Source: Sphyrna mokarran (lineage: Eukaryota). Taken from it: a DNA stretch of 64,000 bases. Position 1 is the first letter of the stretch; every line of letters starts with the position of its first letter. The stretch covers positions 5,208,001 to 5,272,000 of the forward strand of contig JAGIQG010000040.1 in the NCBI GenBank assembly GCA_024679065.1. The letters run 5' to 3'. The position numbers and the translations under genes are program-made. The notes under the pieces were generated by a model, which searched no databases, had not been told where the DNA came from, and saw nothing but the letters and a program-made list of their open reading frames with translations. Positions 26,093-39,005 of this stretch are shown in pieces.

Positions 26093-26123
26093 GCGCCTTC
26101 TGCTGATCATTAACTGGAACTTC
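26093..26123 (-). promoter_or_regulatory. RSS-proximal CTCF-like site with upstream module
   Basis: Minus strand GAAGTTCC-AGTTAA-TGATCAGCAGAAGGCGC, next to the pseudo-V nonamer. Confidence 0.5.
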
Positions 26124-26170
26124 AATCTGGAGTTATCGCCCGGGATCCGCTCGATCTCTGCATCAGTGTG

Positions 26171-26555
26171 GGCTCCGTGCTACATAAATACACTGCTCTG
26201 CCGGTGAAAAGCACCCCAGCGATATTGAAAGAAAGCATTTTATTTTTCTTGCTGAAACCAGCAGAAAGCCCCTCTCAAAACCTTGAGAAGTACATGTCCG
26301 TACTTTATAACGTCAACTTTGATTCATGTTTACATCCTTTCTTTGTGTGAACATTTAAGAATTTAATACTATCAGTTTTTTTTTCTAGTCCCAAATTGTG
26401 TAACAGATTTATCAGTTTGGTCTAGGATATTAAGATCAGATAAGGGAATTGTCGAAGGTTCACACTGAAATTGCCATTAGTTATGTGCATATGTCCATCT
26501 GTATAAAATTATATTTAATAAGAACAATGGCAGCAAAGAAAAAACGCAGCAACAT
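26171..26555 (-). pseudogene. Decayed TCR V pseudogene
   Basis: LSFNIAGVLFTGRAVYLCSTE followed by CACACTG (26170-26164) + 24 bp + GCGATAACT; leader-like MLLRFFFAAIVLIK at 26555. Confidence 0.7.
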
Positions 26556-26828
26556 AATCCAGCAACAATATTCTGAAGTAATCTGAGATATCTATGATCT
26601 CCCACGTAGTGGTCACTGACCTCACTTTGCCACCAGTGGGAGTGCCCTCTTGTTTGTGTGTTTGTGTGTTCACTGCAGCAGGGGCAGATTGGATTACACA
26701 GAAAACTACTGCGATTGCTGGAATCTGAAACAAAAAGAGAAAACGTTGGAAAATCTCAGCAAGTCTGGCAGCATCTCTAAGGAGGGAGAAGAGCTGTGTT
26801 TCGAGTCCGGATGGCCCGTTTCTCAAAG

Positions 26829-27375
26829 CTGGATTATACAATGGTATGATACAGAGCAGTGATCCAGGGGAACTGGATTAATTGTGGGCTAACATAGCGA
26901 TATGTTACAGAGGAATAATCCAGGAGAACTGGATTAGTTATTGGATTACACAGTGATACGTTACAGAGCAGCAATCCAGGAGATCTGGTTTAATTGCTGG
27001 ATTACACGGTGATATGTTATAGAGCAGAAATCCAGAACTGTATTAATTGTCGGACTAGAAGTGATACGTTACAGAACCGGAATCCAGGAGAATTGAATTA
27101 ATTGTTGTGTTACACAATGATTTGTTACACAGCCATAATCCAGGAGAACTGGATTAATAATCCATTACACACTGATATGTTACAGATTAGGAATTCAAAA
27201 TAACTGGATAACACAGTGATATGTCGCATAGAAGTAATCCAGGAGAACTGGATTAATTGTTGGATTACACATTGATATTTTACAGAACAGAAATCCAGGA
27301 GCACTGTATTAATTTTTGGATTAACAGTGATATGCTGCAGAGCAGTAATCCGGGAGAATAGAATTAATAATCCGC
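26829..27375 (+). repeat. About 10-copy 56-bp minisatellite with 12-RSS-like units
   Basis: Consensus TGGATTACACAGTGATATGTTACAGAGCAGTAATCCAGGAGAACTGGATTAATTGT. Heptamer positions 26837, 26893, 26949, 27005, 27057, 27113, 27168, 27212, 27268, 27323. Confidence 0.9.
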
Positions 27376-27639
27376 CTACATTATTTGGACTCCGATCACT
27401 GTAGGAGGGGCAATAAATCAACACGTGAAATTAAAGCTGAGTAAGTTGTGACACTAACAACGCAGGATGAGATAAATTCCTAATTGATTTAACAATGTTG
27501 TGGAGGGAAGGAAATCTGCCGTCCTTACCCACCATCGCTCAACTGGGACATGAGGCACTCCAGTTATAAAGTGACGGCAGTCCTGTATTAAGCTCTGTCT
27601 TTCCCGAATCGTTAATTCAGAGCATTTCTGACAGGAACT

Positions 27640-28530
27640 GAAGGAATTCAATCTTAACAGGGAAATAATAGTGGATGAATTATTTGGATTGAAGGCGAAG
27701 AAATTTCCAGAACCTGATAACCTTCACCTCTGCGCAGTCAAGGAAGTTGCCCGAGGAGCAGTCCATGCATTGGTGGTAATCTTCCAAGATTATACAGACT
27801 CTGGAACAGTTGCTGCAGATTGAACGGAGCTAACGTAACCCCACTATATAAAAATGGAGGCAGAGAGAAAACAGTTGCAGCAAGCAATAAATATAGCGAA
27901 TGCAATGTTGGCCTTCAGAGTAAGGGATTCGAGTACAGGAGCAATGATGTCTTGCTGCAATGATATAGAGTCTCGATGAGGCCACACCTGGAATATTGCG
28001 TGCATTTTTATTTCCTTATCTGAGGAAGTACATTCTTGCTCTAGATAGAGTCCAGTGAAGATTTATCAGATTGATTCCTGGGATAGCGTGTTTGATATAG
28101 GAGGATATATTGAGTAGGCTAGCATTAAGTTATTCGCTGGACTTCGGAAGAATGGGGAGGCATTCATGGAGACATAAAACTCCGACATTGATAATTAGGG
28201 TAGATGAGGAAAAGTTGTTCCCGATGGCGGGGAAGTCCAGGACAAGGGATCAGAGCCTGAGGATTCGGGGTAAACCTTTTAAAACTGAGATAAGCAGAAT
28301 TTTCTGCACTTAGAGAGGAATAAACCGATAAAATTCACTACTACAGAAAGAAATTCTGGGCAGAATATTGTATTTTATCAAGAAGGAGATAGATGCAGTT
28401 CTCGGGGCTAAATGAGTCAAATGATACAGTGGGAAAAAAAGGAATAAATTACTGAGTAATAAGATAATGACGATGGTGTCGGCTCGAACGGATGAAAGGT
28501 GTCCTCGTGCTCCTATTTTCTATTGGACAC
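27640..28530 (+). mobile_element. Decayed CR1 LINE
   Basis: ANVTPLYK and RPHLEYCV-like remnants plus a 3' tail. Confidence 0.75.
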
Positions 28531-29852
28531 TGAATCATAATCATTCATTTCTGTAACACAAATACGGAATGCTTCAGGGACTAAATGTAATCCCCGGATG
28601 TGACGTTGACTGTTAAATGTACAGTCAACTCACAGGGAGACAACGCCGTGTCCTTTAGAATTCATAGAAATTGACAAAATGTTTCAATTGTGTTGAATGC
28701 AGCAGTCTGACATAGAAACCCACCCACTTGGAATGTGGCTTCACGTATTGAGAAACTGGCGTTTATCCAAGAACAGGATTGATTTCTCCACCAGAACTAC
28801 TAATTATTACCCATGAATAAATGAAGGCTGCAGACATTTTTTTCTGGTTAATTATCTCTCTTCGGTGACTTTCCTGCTCTTTCTTTCTCTTTGTCACAGA
28901 CTCTGTCTCTATGACGAGACACCCATTCAGTTAGGAAATTTCTTCACTGCTTTAAAATGGCTGGAAGTGATTATAAATAATTCAGGGCGGCGTGACCTTT
29001 ATTGCGGTGTTTTCACATTGACACACGACAATCAGTAAATATCCTTCCTGTTTCATTCAACAAAACAAAGGTGACCAGAGACCACGAAGATGGCACGGCC
29101 AATATAAATTAACGAGAAATAGGAACTGAATAAGCGTTTAAAGGTGAAGGAGTAAGAGGATTTGTCAGCTGCTGTAAAGAGAATGAGTAATAAACACATT
29201 ACCTGATCAGTAAATAAAAATAAAGCTCCTTTATTAGTCACAAATAGGCTTACATTTGCATTGCAATGATGTTACTGTGAAAATCCCATTATTGCCACAT
29301 CTGGTGCCTTTCCGGGTACATTTAGGGAGAATTTAGCACGGCCAGTGTACCTAACTAGCACGTTTTTGGACCATGGGACGAAACTGTAGTATTCGTAGGA
29401 AAGTCACGCAGATAGGGGGAGAGCGTGCAGACTCCACACTGACAATGACACAAGTCCCCGATTGAACCCAGGTTCCTAGCGCTGTGAGGCAGCAATGCGA
29501 ACACTGCGCCACTGTGCCTTTCTCAATCATCATTGCATGACTATTGGAGCTAAAAGTAATAAAGCGGTCAAATATTGCTGAAAGAATTAATCGATCACAG
29601 AATCCTACTGAATGTTCAGAACTTATTTGTTCAAACACAGCGTATCCTTGAATGGGACTCTGAATGATGGCTCCTGACAACATACCAGAATAATCTGATT
29701 AGTCAGAATGTCAACCACCAGTATCCCATAGAATGAGGGGAAAGTGAGGCTCCAGTGTCCTCCCCACCAATGACAGTTATGGACACGGTAGCAAATCCCT
29801 GTTTGTAAACAAAATCCTCGATTGGCCCATTTTCATCATCACGAACAAAAAC

Positions 29853-30065
29853 ATGCTGAAGCTCTGATCCTGCTGATAGTGTGTGATTTTATTTTTCTAA
29901 CCAAATGCCATGTTTTAGCAATGTTTTGATCATGTGTATTGGTTTTTCTTTTGTTCACAGCCTTTCAGTGCGAGGATCAGAGCCCCCATCCTGAACGGGT
30001 GCTGTCATAGAAAGGGGATGGGTTGAACCGAACTATCGGCTCTCTGTTGGTTCTGGAAACGGTTG
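29853..30065 (+). pseudogene. Truncated TCR V pseudogene (paralog of V11)
   Basis: Acceptor at 29960, then FQCEDQSPHPERVLS*, matching VRCDDQSSHPEQVMSW of V11. Leader remnant present; 3' half and RSS absent. Confidence 0.7.
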
Positions 30066-30198
30066 GGTGAATGTTTGATCCGAAGTTTTTCTGGTTTCCT
30101 CTCGCTGTGTTTGAGCAGCTGGCAGCGCCGCTGTTTATTGTGACTGAATCTGCCCACACTTGTAAACAATCCGCAGTAGAACAGGAGATCCTATCTAG

Positions 30199-30237
30199 AG
30201 TTTTTGTACGGCGATGAGGATGTTTTCTATCACTGTG
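30199..30237 (-). other. 23-RSS of V8
   Basis: CACAGTG + 23 bp + ACAAAAACT. Confidence 0.95.
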
Positions 30238-30715
30238 AGACTGAAAGCACAGTAATAGCCGCCAGCGTCAGTCAGCTGCAGACCAGAGATGGTTAAACCG
30301 GTGATTGCATTTTCGATCTGGAGGTCAGCAAAGAAACGAATTGTCGCAAAATCTGCTTTATCCTCTGTGTCCCAAGAGCTTTTCTTCACTATGAATTCCA
30401 GTTGCATGTCTGGGCGCTGTCGATACCAATGTAAGTAATAATTGGTGGCTGTGGTATCATAGCTACAGATCAATGTCACTGCTTCTCCTTCTGCCTTACC
30501 AGCTGAGGGGAAGAGTTGAGTGACAGAATCTCCATTAGTCACATCTGAAAAAAAAACACAAATAAACATAATCAAATAGAAACTAGTCAGTTCAGAGGTT
30601 GGAAATATTTGAAACATGCTTGATCAGTCAAATAAAGGGTGTAAAATAAAGTATTTAATCCGCAATTACCAGTCAAGAATGCTACCCACACAATCCAGAT
30701 GCCGAACAGCCGCAT
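30238..30715 (-). CDS. TCR delta-like V segment V8 (intact)
   Basis: Leader 30715-30670 (MRLFGIWIVWVAFLT, GTAATT). V exon 30544-30238: DSVTQLFP...LICSY...WYRQRP...DAGGYYCAFS. Confidence 0.92.
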
Positions 30716-31779
30716 TGCCTCTGTCTGCGCTGTAAAGGGGAGTTGAGTATTTGACAGAATGTTTTAAACCCCGCCTCCAGTAATCTGCCGGTGTAGCCTT
30801 ATGGTGAACCGGAAACTAGCACAAATTAGTGAGTATGTTCACATTTTCTCAATAATTCTGATAGCTTTAGCATCAGGATAGTGGTATTCGTGAATCCAAT
30901 TAAATTACGCTCTGTTAAGCTTTTTTAAATTTAATTCCAGCGTCACTGGTTTATTTGTGCATCCTTGACAACCTCGGGAAAGGTGATGAACCGCCTCCCT
31001 GAAACATTGCTTTTCAACTGAACTTTATTAACATGCAGAGGGGGCGGGTGTAATTTATTAAAGTCTTCGGATAATAAAAAGTGATATTACATAATCAGCT
31101 GTAGAGAGAGACAGAAAATCACTGTCAAGGGTTACGTGGAGTTTATGTCACAAGACAGTTGGAATCATGAATAGAAAAATATGCTATTCGATTTGCAGGG
31201 AAGAGAAAGGAAGTATTAAACAGTGTAATTAATAGGAAACTATTCCTTACTGGTTTGCAGAGCAATTTGTATGTTCTTGTACACAAAACACAGACATATA
31301 ATCTAATGATGGAGCTATCAAAAAGATAGGATAACTGGATGTTGTCCTTTATTCCAAAGCTGACGATGTTCAGAGAAATTAAATTAAATACTGTTGCGAT
31401 TGCACTGAATGTTGGCGATATTCAACTGGAAAATAGTGCACAGCCTTAGTAATTAAGAAACCGATTAAAAGGAATTATTTACTTAAACGTCACTTCTGTC
31501 CTGCTCTCTGACACCACTGCGTATTTCTCTGCCATAAATGTAGTGAAAAAGAAAATACATAGAAAATCTTATATGGAGATATCCAGTTGGGTCTCACCAG
31601 AAGGCGCTGTAAGAGTGTTAAACGGCAGCGACAATGGAAATGACACCGCGAGCGTTGAAAAGACCTTCCAAAAATGTCTTTAAGTAGGAAACGACACACA
31701 GGTGAGAATAAATTCCGGATTTCAGTGCATCAGTGAAACTGGACCTCATAAATGCAAGTATGCAGCACAATTGTCACAC

Positions 31780-32380
31780 AAACATAGAAAAAGAGAAGTA
31801 GGAGTAGGCCATTCGGCCCTTGAACCCTAATCTGCCATTTATTATAATCCAATTCAATATCTTGAGACCGCCTCCCTCTCCCATTTTCCATATGCCGTTT
31901 AGCCCCAAGAGCTATATCTAATTTATTCTTGAAAGCACACAACGTTTTGGCCCCAGCTACTTCCTTTGGGAGGGATTTTCCACACATTCATCGCCGTTTG
32001 GTGAAGCAATTTATCCACAGCACAATTCTAAAATGTTTACTCCTTACCTTCAAACTCTGATTCCTAGTTCTGGATTCTCCCATCATTGGGAACATTCTTT
32101 CTGAATTTACCCTGTCTGCCCCTGTTAGAATGTTGTAAGTTTTTATGACATCCCCTCTCACTCCTCTGAACTCTATTGAATGTAATATTAACCGATTCAG
32201 TCTTCATTATAAGACAAATCAGCCATCCCAGGAATCAGCCTGATAAACCATCCGTGCCTTCCCTCTATAGCAAGGACATTCTTTATCAGAAAAGGACATC
32301 AACGCCCTTTCCAAATTCAGTTAACCATTTCTATTTTTATACTGAAATCTTCTCAATCCGAAGGCCAACATACCCATTTT
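31780..32380 (-). mobile_element. Decayed CR1 LINE 3' portion
   Basis: FKNKLDIAL-like remnant and CR1 tail. Confidence 0.7.
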
Positions 32381-32901
32381 TAAAGGGGGGAAGGGGGATC
32401 TTGCAATTAAGTTTGGCTGCAATAATGGCCCGTCCTTTACCCATCTCCCGTGTCACCTTCCCGATCTTTGTTTGCAGATTATGTTTGATCAGAGTGTGTT
32501 GCTAGGGAAGAGGCAGTTCATAGATAATCAACAGATTGCAAAAGAAATGATAGTGGAAACAAACAGAAAAAGTGCCCCTCTCCCCATGCACACTGCGCTC
32601 GTCTGTGCAATGCTTGAATTTTTTTCCCCAGAATATCGGATTACTAGTGATAACTAACAGATCAGACTTTCATCCGGAATTCCTGTCTCTAACAAAAGAG
32701 TAACTTATTTTTGCTGTACTTCTGGTAGTGGCTTAATGGCTGTTTGATCCGAGGATAATTTGATATCCTGTGTGTGTGTTTGAGCGTTTGATTACGCGCT
32801 GCTCATTGTTGCGCTCTCCAGCGATTAGGCACAAACACGCACAGACTGGAGCTCCAATTCAGAGTGTCTGCACGGCAATGAGACTACTTTCTATCATTGT
32901 G

Positions 32902-33343
32902 AGACTGAAAGCGCAGAAATTGACGGCATTATCAGTCAGAGTAAACTCGACATAGTTAAACTTGTGTCTTTATCCCTAGCCTGTAGCTCGGGATAAAGCA
33001 AATTTAGCAAAATTTGTGTTATTTTCAGAACTCCAGGATTCTTTTCACATTATAAGCTCGGGCTGTTCATGTGGTGCTGCCGATAACCGTTTAAATAATA
33101 GCTGCTCCTTGTGAAGAGAGGAATGTCACTGCATCTCCTTCTGTCTCTATATCTGTGAAGAGCCACTGAGTTTAGAATTAAAATGTGACAGGCCTGAAAA
33201 GAAATCGCACAGCTAAATATGAGATTGAAAGTGTGCTAAGATGTAAACAATAAATCTTTGAATTTCAATCAAAGATGAAATTGCTCCTTCGGCACTTTTA
33301 TCTGCAATACTCCCCACATTATCCAGGAGCTGAGTAACCACAT
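32902..33343 (-). pseudogene. TCR V pseudogene (paralog of V8)
   Basis: Ends DNAVNFCAFS; Trp replaced by Gly; frameshifts; CACAATG (32901-32895) + 23 bp + degraded nonamer. Confidence 0.82.
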
Positions 33344-35288
33344 TGTGACTGCCCGTTCTATAAAAGTGCAGTTTGATATTTGAAGACACCCGTTCTAAAT
33401 CCTGCTCTCAACTCACTTCCTGGTATCGCACGTGTTGCTGTGAGACTAATAAATGGTGAGCAAGCTATCAACAAACCCCAATTTGGATTACAATCTGTAC
33501 ATGCTTATCCACGACATTTTTAAATCAGTCTTCATTGGATTCTCTTTCAGCTCTCTGTTCACTTCCATAGGGAAGACAAAACTGGAAATTTCACTGAATT
33601 GGCTGATTGGATAACAAATTGTCCCTATATTGGTCCCTATATGGGAATCTTCAACAATAGGCATAGCCTAAAGACAAGGATATGTCATTAGGACGTTAGG
33701 ACGGCGGCGTGGGCTCGTTGGGCCGAAGGGCCTGTTTCCCGTGCTGTGTTGCTCTTTGTTCTTTGTTCTTTGTTCACACCAAGTATGGGATTATTGGAAA
33801 GAAAAATGAAACAGAGGGAGGCTGCAGATATTATTTGGATGGAAATAGAGTCTAGTCTTAGGAACACAGTCGTATCGTCAAACACAGTGATGACTACAAC
33901 ATGGAGTACCGTTTAATGAGTCCAGCTGGTCAAATGCAGTAATAAGTAGTCTTTTCAAATATGAAGAGAAACATGGTTCAATGTAATAATGTCAAACAGA
34001 TGATTCAGACCAATAGATATCATAATTCTAATACGAATATATCAAAGAATCGGATGCATATAATAGAACACATTGCATTATTGCGCTGAATTATAGAACT
34101 GGATAAAATATCAGTTTGCCTGACCTCTCGAATCATTCAAACAACAACATAATATAAGAAAACCAATCATCTGTAAAGACACTGATTATTTTCATTGGGA
34201 GCAGAACAGTTACCTTCCCTTGATGTTCAATGGCACAATGCACAAGGTATTTATTCCCCGCCGTCAATATGTTGGATTGATCCCCCTAATGTTGCTGTTG
34301 TAGCAGCACTTCAGAGGATGAATATTCTGTGATGAGTTCTTCACCACCTGAACTCTAATGCTGGCTGTGGTGTGTGAAGCCGATTGGATGCACTGTAGTA
34401 AACCATCAGGACTTTTTCGAATGTGCCTTCAATTACCATGATCCGAATCACTCAGATGGGCAACGGATGTATGGATGACATCCACTTCCTCATCAAAGAC
34501 CTTCCGAATTATGCGTGCAGTGCTGGTCCTTAATGTCTCGGGGCGTTATATTCTAACACTCGAGCTAACTCTGCCGGTGAACCTGAAACACGTGGGTTGC
34601 TGTTGTTGAAAAAAGCTGCTCATCACCACCTTCTCAGTGTGAACCAGAAACTTGCACTGAGCACCTGCCGTATTGGTAGTAGATGTGAAAAAATGCGGAA
34701 ACAATGGCTCAGAACCACAAACACCAGCCCTTATTGTTCTAGTTTTTTCTACTTGTTCCTTCATCCACTATTAGTATTTGCGTTCACAGTTTAAAAATGT
34801 TCGCTTTTGTTTTTATCTTTTCTCCATTTCCTTTCTCGTCTCCCGAAGTTTTTCATACTTTTATCCTCTTTCTGATTTTGTAATTTGAAACTGTTTTACA
34901 GTTACCTAGAATCACTTGTTCAGCACATTTTCCTTAAGCAAGATTGCTGAGACAGGGAGGGAGGGGTGAATTACTCAACAAAAACCACGCCCAGCCCGAT
35001 GCTCTATCACAATCTGTCGCTCCTCCCCCGTCAACTGAATGATGCTCTGAGTGATGCGGCCAGCTGCCGCAAGAGGAAATGGAAAATATATCCGACAATG
35101 TAATCTCCTGTCAAAACCCAGTTAATACAATTGCTGCATTATAACAGCAGCAGAACTGTACTAGGCACGAGTTTGTCTTCTGCTATAATCTCTATGCCAA
35201 CTCGTTTCTCACCTTATGGCAATAGATTACAACAGTAAATAAAACTGCTATTCCAAGGTTTTTTTTGGGGAGAGTCATAATCGGCCCG

Positions 35289-35710
35289 ATGTCTTCCCGT
35301 CATTTCATTATGTTGTGGTTGGTGTTCGGTACGTATATACATTTCTTGTATCTGCTTAGAATAATGTGATGTTTACAGCACAATCCACTGATCATTTTTA
35401 TTACAGGGAGGATTCGGGCAGATTTGGTATCACAACCTGAGACAGCTCTCGGCGTGACTGAAGGAGACACTGTGATTATAGATTGTAATTACACAACAAA
35501 TCTCTTTAATCCCGATCTCTATTGGTACAGACAGCACACAAACCACCTTCTTAGTTTTATTTTGCACCGGGATAACAATCGAAGATCAGACGCAGTTTTC
35601 ACCAAGGGAAGATTCACGGCCGGTCAGGCTAACGCAGAGAAAAGGTTTCCTCTGAGGATCGTTCGAGCAGAAATCCAGGACACTGCTGTCTATTCCTGTG
35701 GTTTGAAGAT
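35289..35710 (+). CDS. TCR alpha/delta V segment V9 (intact)
   Basis: Leader 35289-35328 (MSSRHFIMLWLVF, GTACGT). V exon 35407-35710: DLVSQPET...IDCNY...WYRQHT...DTAVYSCGLK. Confidence 0.9.
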
Positions 35711-35749
35711 CACAGTGGTTTAAAACTCATCTGTCTCTGTACAAAAACC
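35711..35749 (+). other. 23-RSS of V9
   Basis: CACAGTG + 23 bp + ACAAAAACC. Confidence 0.95.
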
Positions 35750-36199
35750 TCAGTGCTTTCAAACAGTCGTTCTCTCAAGATCACAAGAACCTGCCCTGCT
35801 CTGTAAGGAACTGTTCCTGCTTACAATATGTTAGTCCTGCTTCGGAGTTAGAGATTTCCGGTCAAGGTCCACTCCGGAGATGTCAGTCCAGACTGTTGCC
35901 GAGTGTCAACACCAAGAATGTACTGGACAGCCATAGTTGCTATATTTCACACTAGACATTAATCTTAGGTCACACATCTTTTATGCAAAATATCCCAGAA
36001 CATTATTTTAGAAAATCATTGTGGGTTTCATACAATCGTGGAATCACACAGTGCAGGAGGAGACCTTCGGTGCATTGAGTCTGTACTGAAACACGAGAAA
36101 CTCCCACATCTTAGCAATTAACCCATAGCCCTGAAAGTTATGAGGAGCCTAGTGTTCATTCAGGTAATTTCTGATTCCAGAGATGAGGGAGAGGGGTGG

Positions 36200-36512
36200 G
36201 TGTGGGTTAGCTTCTGAGGAGAGACTGAGTAGATTTTGGGCCTGTACTCGTTGGAATTTAGAAGGCTGAGAGGACACGTTATAGAGACATATAAGATAAT
36301 GAAAGGGCTAGAAAGGGTAGAAGCAGGGACGTTATTTCCACTTAGAATGGAAACAAGAACTAGAGGGCACAGCCTCAAAATAAGGGGAAGTCAATTTAGA
36401 ACAGAGTTGAGGAGAAACGTTTTTCTCCCAGAGGGTAGTGAATCTTTGGAATTCTCTGCCCATTGAAGCAGTGGAGGCTACCTCATTAAATGTGTTTAAG
36501 TCAGAGGTAGAT
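36200..36512 (+). mobile_element. CR1 LINE fragment
   Basis: LYSLEFRRLRGHVIETYKIMKG...TRGHSLK. Confidence 0.85.
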
Positions 36513-36514
36513 AT

Positions 36515-36754
36515 CAGGCAGAAATTGACGGCAATGTCAGTCAGCATCAAACTTGACACAGTTAAACTTGTGTCTTTATCCCCGGCCTGAAGTTCTGCAG
36601 AAACACGCATTTTAGCAAAATTTATTTTATCTTCAGAACCCCAGAATTATTTTCACATTATAAGCTCGCGCTGTTCATCTGGTGCTGCCGGTAACCGTTT
36701 AAATAATAACTGCTCCTTGTCGTATCATATAAAAAGGTGAATGTCACTGCTTCT
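36515..36754 (-). pseudogene. TCR V fragment between two CR1 pieces
   Basis: RVSAELQAGDKDTSLTVSSLMLTDIAVNFC; close to the 32.9-kb pseudogene; RSS and leader missing. Confidence 0.8.
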
Positions 36755-37310
36755 GTAAGGCCGTCAACACAGCCTAGGTTAACAAAAGGGTTTTCCTCTC
36801 ATCCCCCCAAAACCGTTACCCTCTCACCTTGAACTTGTGTCCCCTCGTGACTGACCCTTCAAACAAGAACAGCACATTCCTTTATACTCTGTCATGGTCC
36901 TTGTAATCTTGTACACCTCGATCAGGTCGCCCCTCAGTCTTTTCTGCTCTAACGAAAACAACATAAGCTTATGCAAACTCTCTTCATAAATGTTCCATTA
37001 CAGCAAAGCCCTGGTGAATCTCGTCTGCACACTCTCCAATGTAATCATACCTTTCAGATAGTGTGGCGACCACAATTGCACTCAGTACTCTTATCTAATC
37101 TACACAACTCCCACATGACCTCCCAGATAATCTAAACTGCACCTCGATAGATAAAGACAAGTATCTCATATGCATTTTTCACCTTCCCATTAGATGCTTT
37201 TCTGTCTTCAGAGATTTGTTCACAACCATGTCAATGTCCCTTTGTTCCACAGAAATACTCGGTGTCATGTCATTCATTGAATAATTCCTTGCCCACTTAT
37301 TACTTCCATC
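36755..37310 (-). mobile_element. Decayed CR1 LINE
   Basis: Minus-strand RGDLIEVYKI-like remnant. Confidence 0.7.
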
Positions 37311-38084
37311 TATCCTGGGCCTGTCCTTAGCTCTCAAGCAGCATCAATGATAATATCAGGTAGTGGTTGTTGGAGAGCCGCCGACAATAACGATTTCAGC
37401 AACAATAGCGGCAATATTAATAAAGTAACAAAAATTAGTCACAAGTAAAGCTTCTACATTAACACTGCAATTAAGTTGTTGCGAAATTCCTCGAGTCGCC
37501 AAAATGCGGTGCCTATTCGGATCAATGCACCTAATCAGCACTTCAGGGAAAACCTACCCAGACACAAGTAGAAGATGCAAATCCCACACGGAGAGTGACT
37601 GAAGTCGATAATCAAGCCGAGGTTCCTTGCGCCGCGAAGCACGAGTGTTGAAGACTGTGCTACTGTGCCACCCAATTAGCTGCAAAAGCGACTGTGACAA
37701 TGAGATTTGAGCATGCTAGAATTGATGTTCAAGTCAAAATCAAAAACAGATTCAATTCATGAAGATACTGCAAGCTGTGACCAGAGAAATCCTTGCCGTT
37801 AAAATGATTTAGCCTAATTAACTTCCATCAAGCTTACTCGCCCAAATATGACTAACATGCATTCTCTATAACAAAACTTCTGATGACCGAATTTTCTGTG
37901 GAAAAATAAAAGAAATACAATGCAGGATGGCAGTTATTTCGCCGGAAACTTGTGATTTTTTTGCTTTTTGTAGAAAGGAAAACGAGTTCATGGTATCATT
38001 TGTTAAGGGAAATATAACATATTAACCTCAGTTACAATTTGCAATTTCTGTGAGATCCATCTGGTGTTCGCTGAGTGTGAGAGC

Positions 38085-38425
38085 GGGTGGCACGACAGCA
38101 TAGTGGTTAGTACTGCTGCTTCACACTCCAGGGACCTGGGTCCGATTCCCGGCTCGGGTCACTGTCTGTGTGGAGTTTGCACATCCCCCCCACTCCCCAC
38201 CGCTGTCTGTGTAGGTTTCCTCCGGGTGCTCTGGTTTGTTCCCACAGTTCAAAGATATGCGGGTTAGGTTGATTGGCCATGCTAAAACTGCCTGTTAGTG
38301 ACCGAGATGCGGAAGTTAGAGGGATTAGCGGGTAAATATGTAGTGATATGGGGTGGGGGGGGCCTGGGTGGGATTGTGGTCGGTGCAGACTCGATGACCG
38401 AAGGGCCTCTTTCTGCACTGTATGA
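38085..38425 (+). mobile_element. tRNA-derived SINE (HE1-like)
   Basis: GGTTAGTACTGCTGC...GGTCCGATTCCC head, GTTTCCTCCGGGTGCTC core and CR1-like tail. Confidence 0.8.
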
Positions 38426-39005
38426 TTTTAAGCATAGGATGCGCAAAACGGTAATACTGATTTCAGACGTACAACTTTTAAAAAGAATTCAGGAATAGGA
38501 AAACATTTTGATGATCACTCATGATGAAAATGAAGGGTGGAATTGGCACAGTATAGAGAATGCCCTATTCGTGCTTCTATTTTCAGTTCCCAACATTCTC
38601 TGAACAGAAAAAAAACGTCGAACTAAGCTGTATGTATGAGCAAACATAAACTGGGCCCCTGGCAGAGACCGGAAGAGACAATCTTTGAACTTGAGATCAG
38701 AGCTCAAACCAATATCTCCATTTTGTTCTGCTCTTGATGAAGAGACAGACACATGATTTGTGCGAGATGGAGGTAACCATAGAATCAGCAAGCGGCAGTT
38801 TGGCCAGATGTATAACGAAATTATCCCCTTGATAATGTTGCAATGTGAAGGTACCAAACAATGAGCGAATCTGTTTGTTCACCAGCCTGTAACTAAAATT
38901 CTAACTTAATTATTCCTCTGGAGACGCTCGCTGAGAATAAATGAGGGACGCTCTGAAACCAGCGCAGCGCTAAGTTTTAAGCTTTGTTTTACTTTCTGAG
39001 AAAGG

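Noticed and set aside
26829-27375. CRISPR-like array
   Set aside because: Eukaryotic context, no unique spacers and no cas genes; it is a degenerate tandem repeat.
38519-38882. LAKLPLADS resembling V FR3
   Set aside because: No Cys or Trp landmarks and no RSS.
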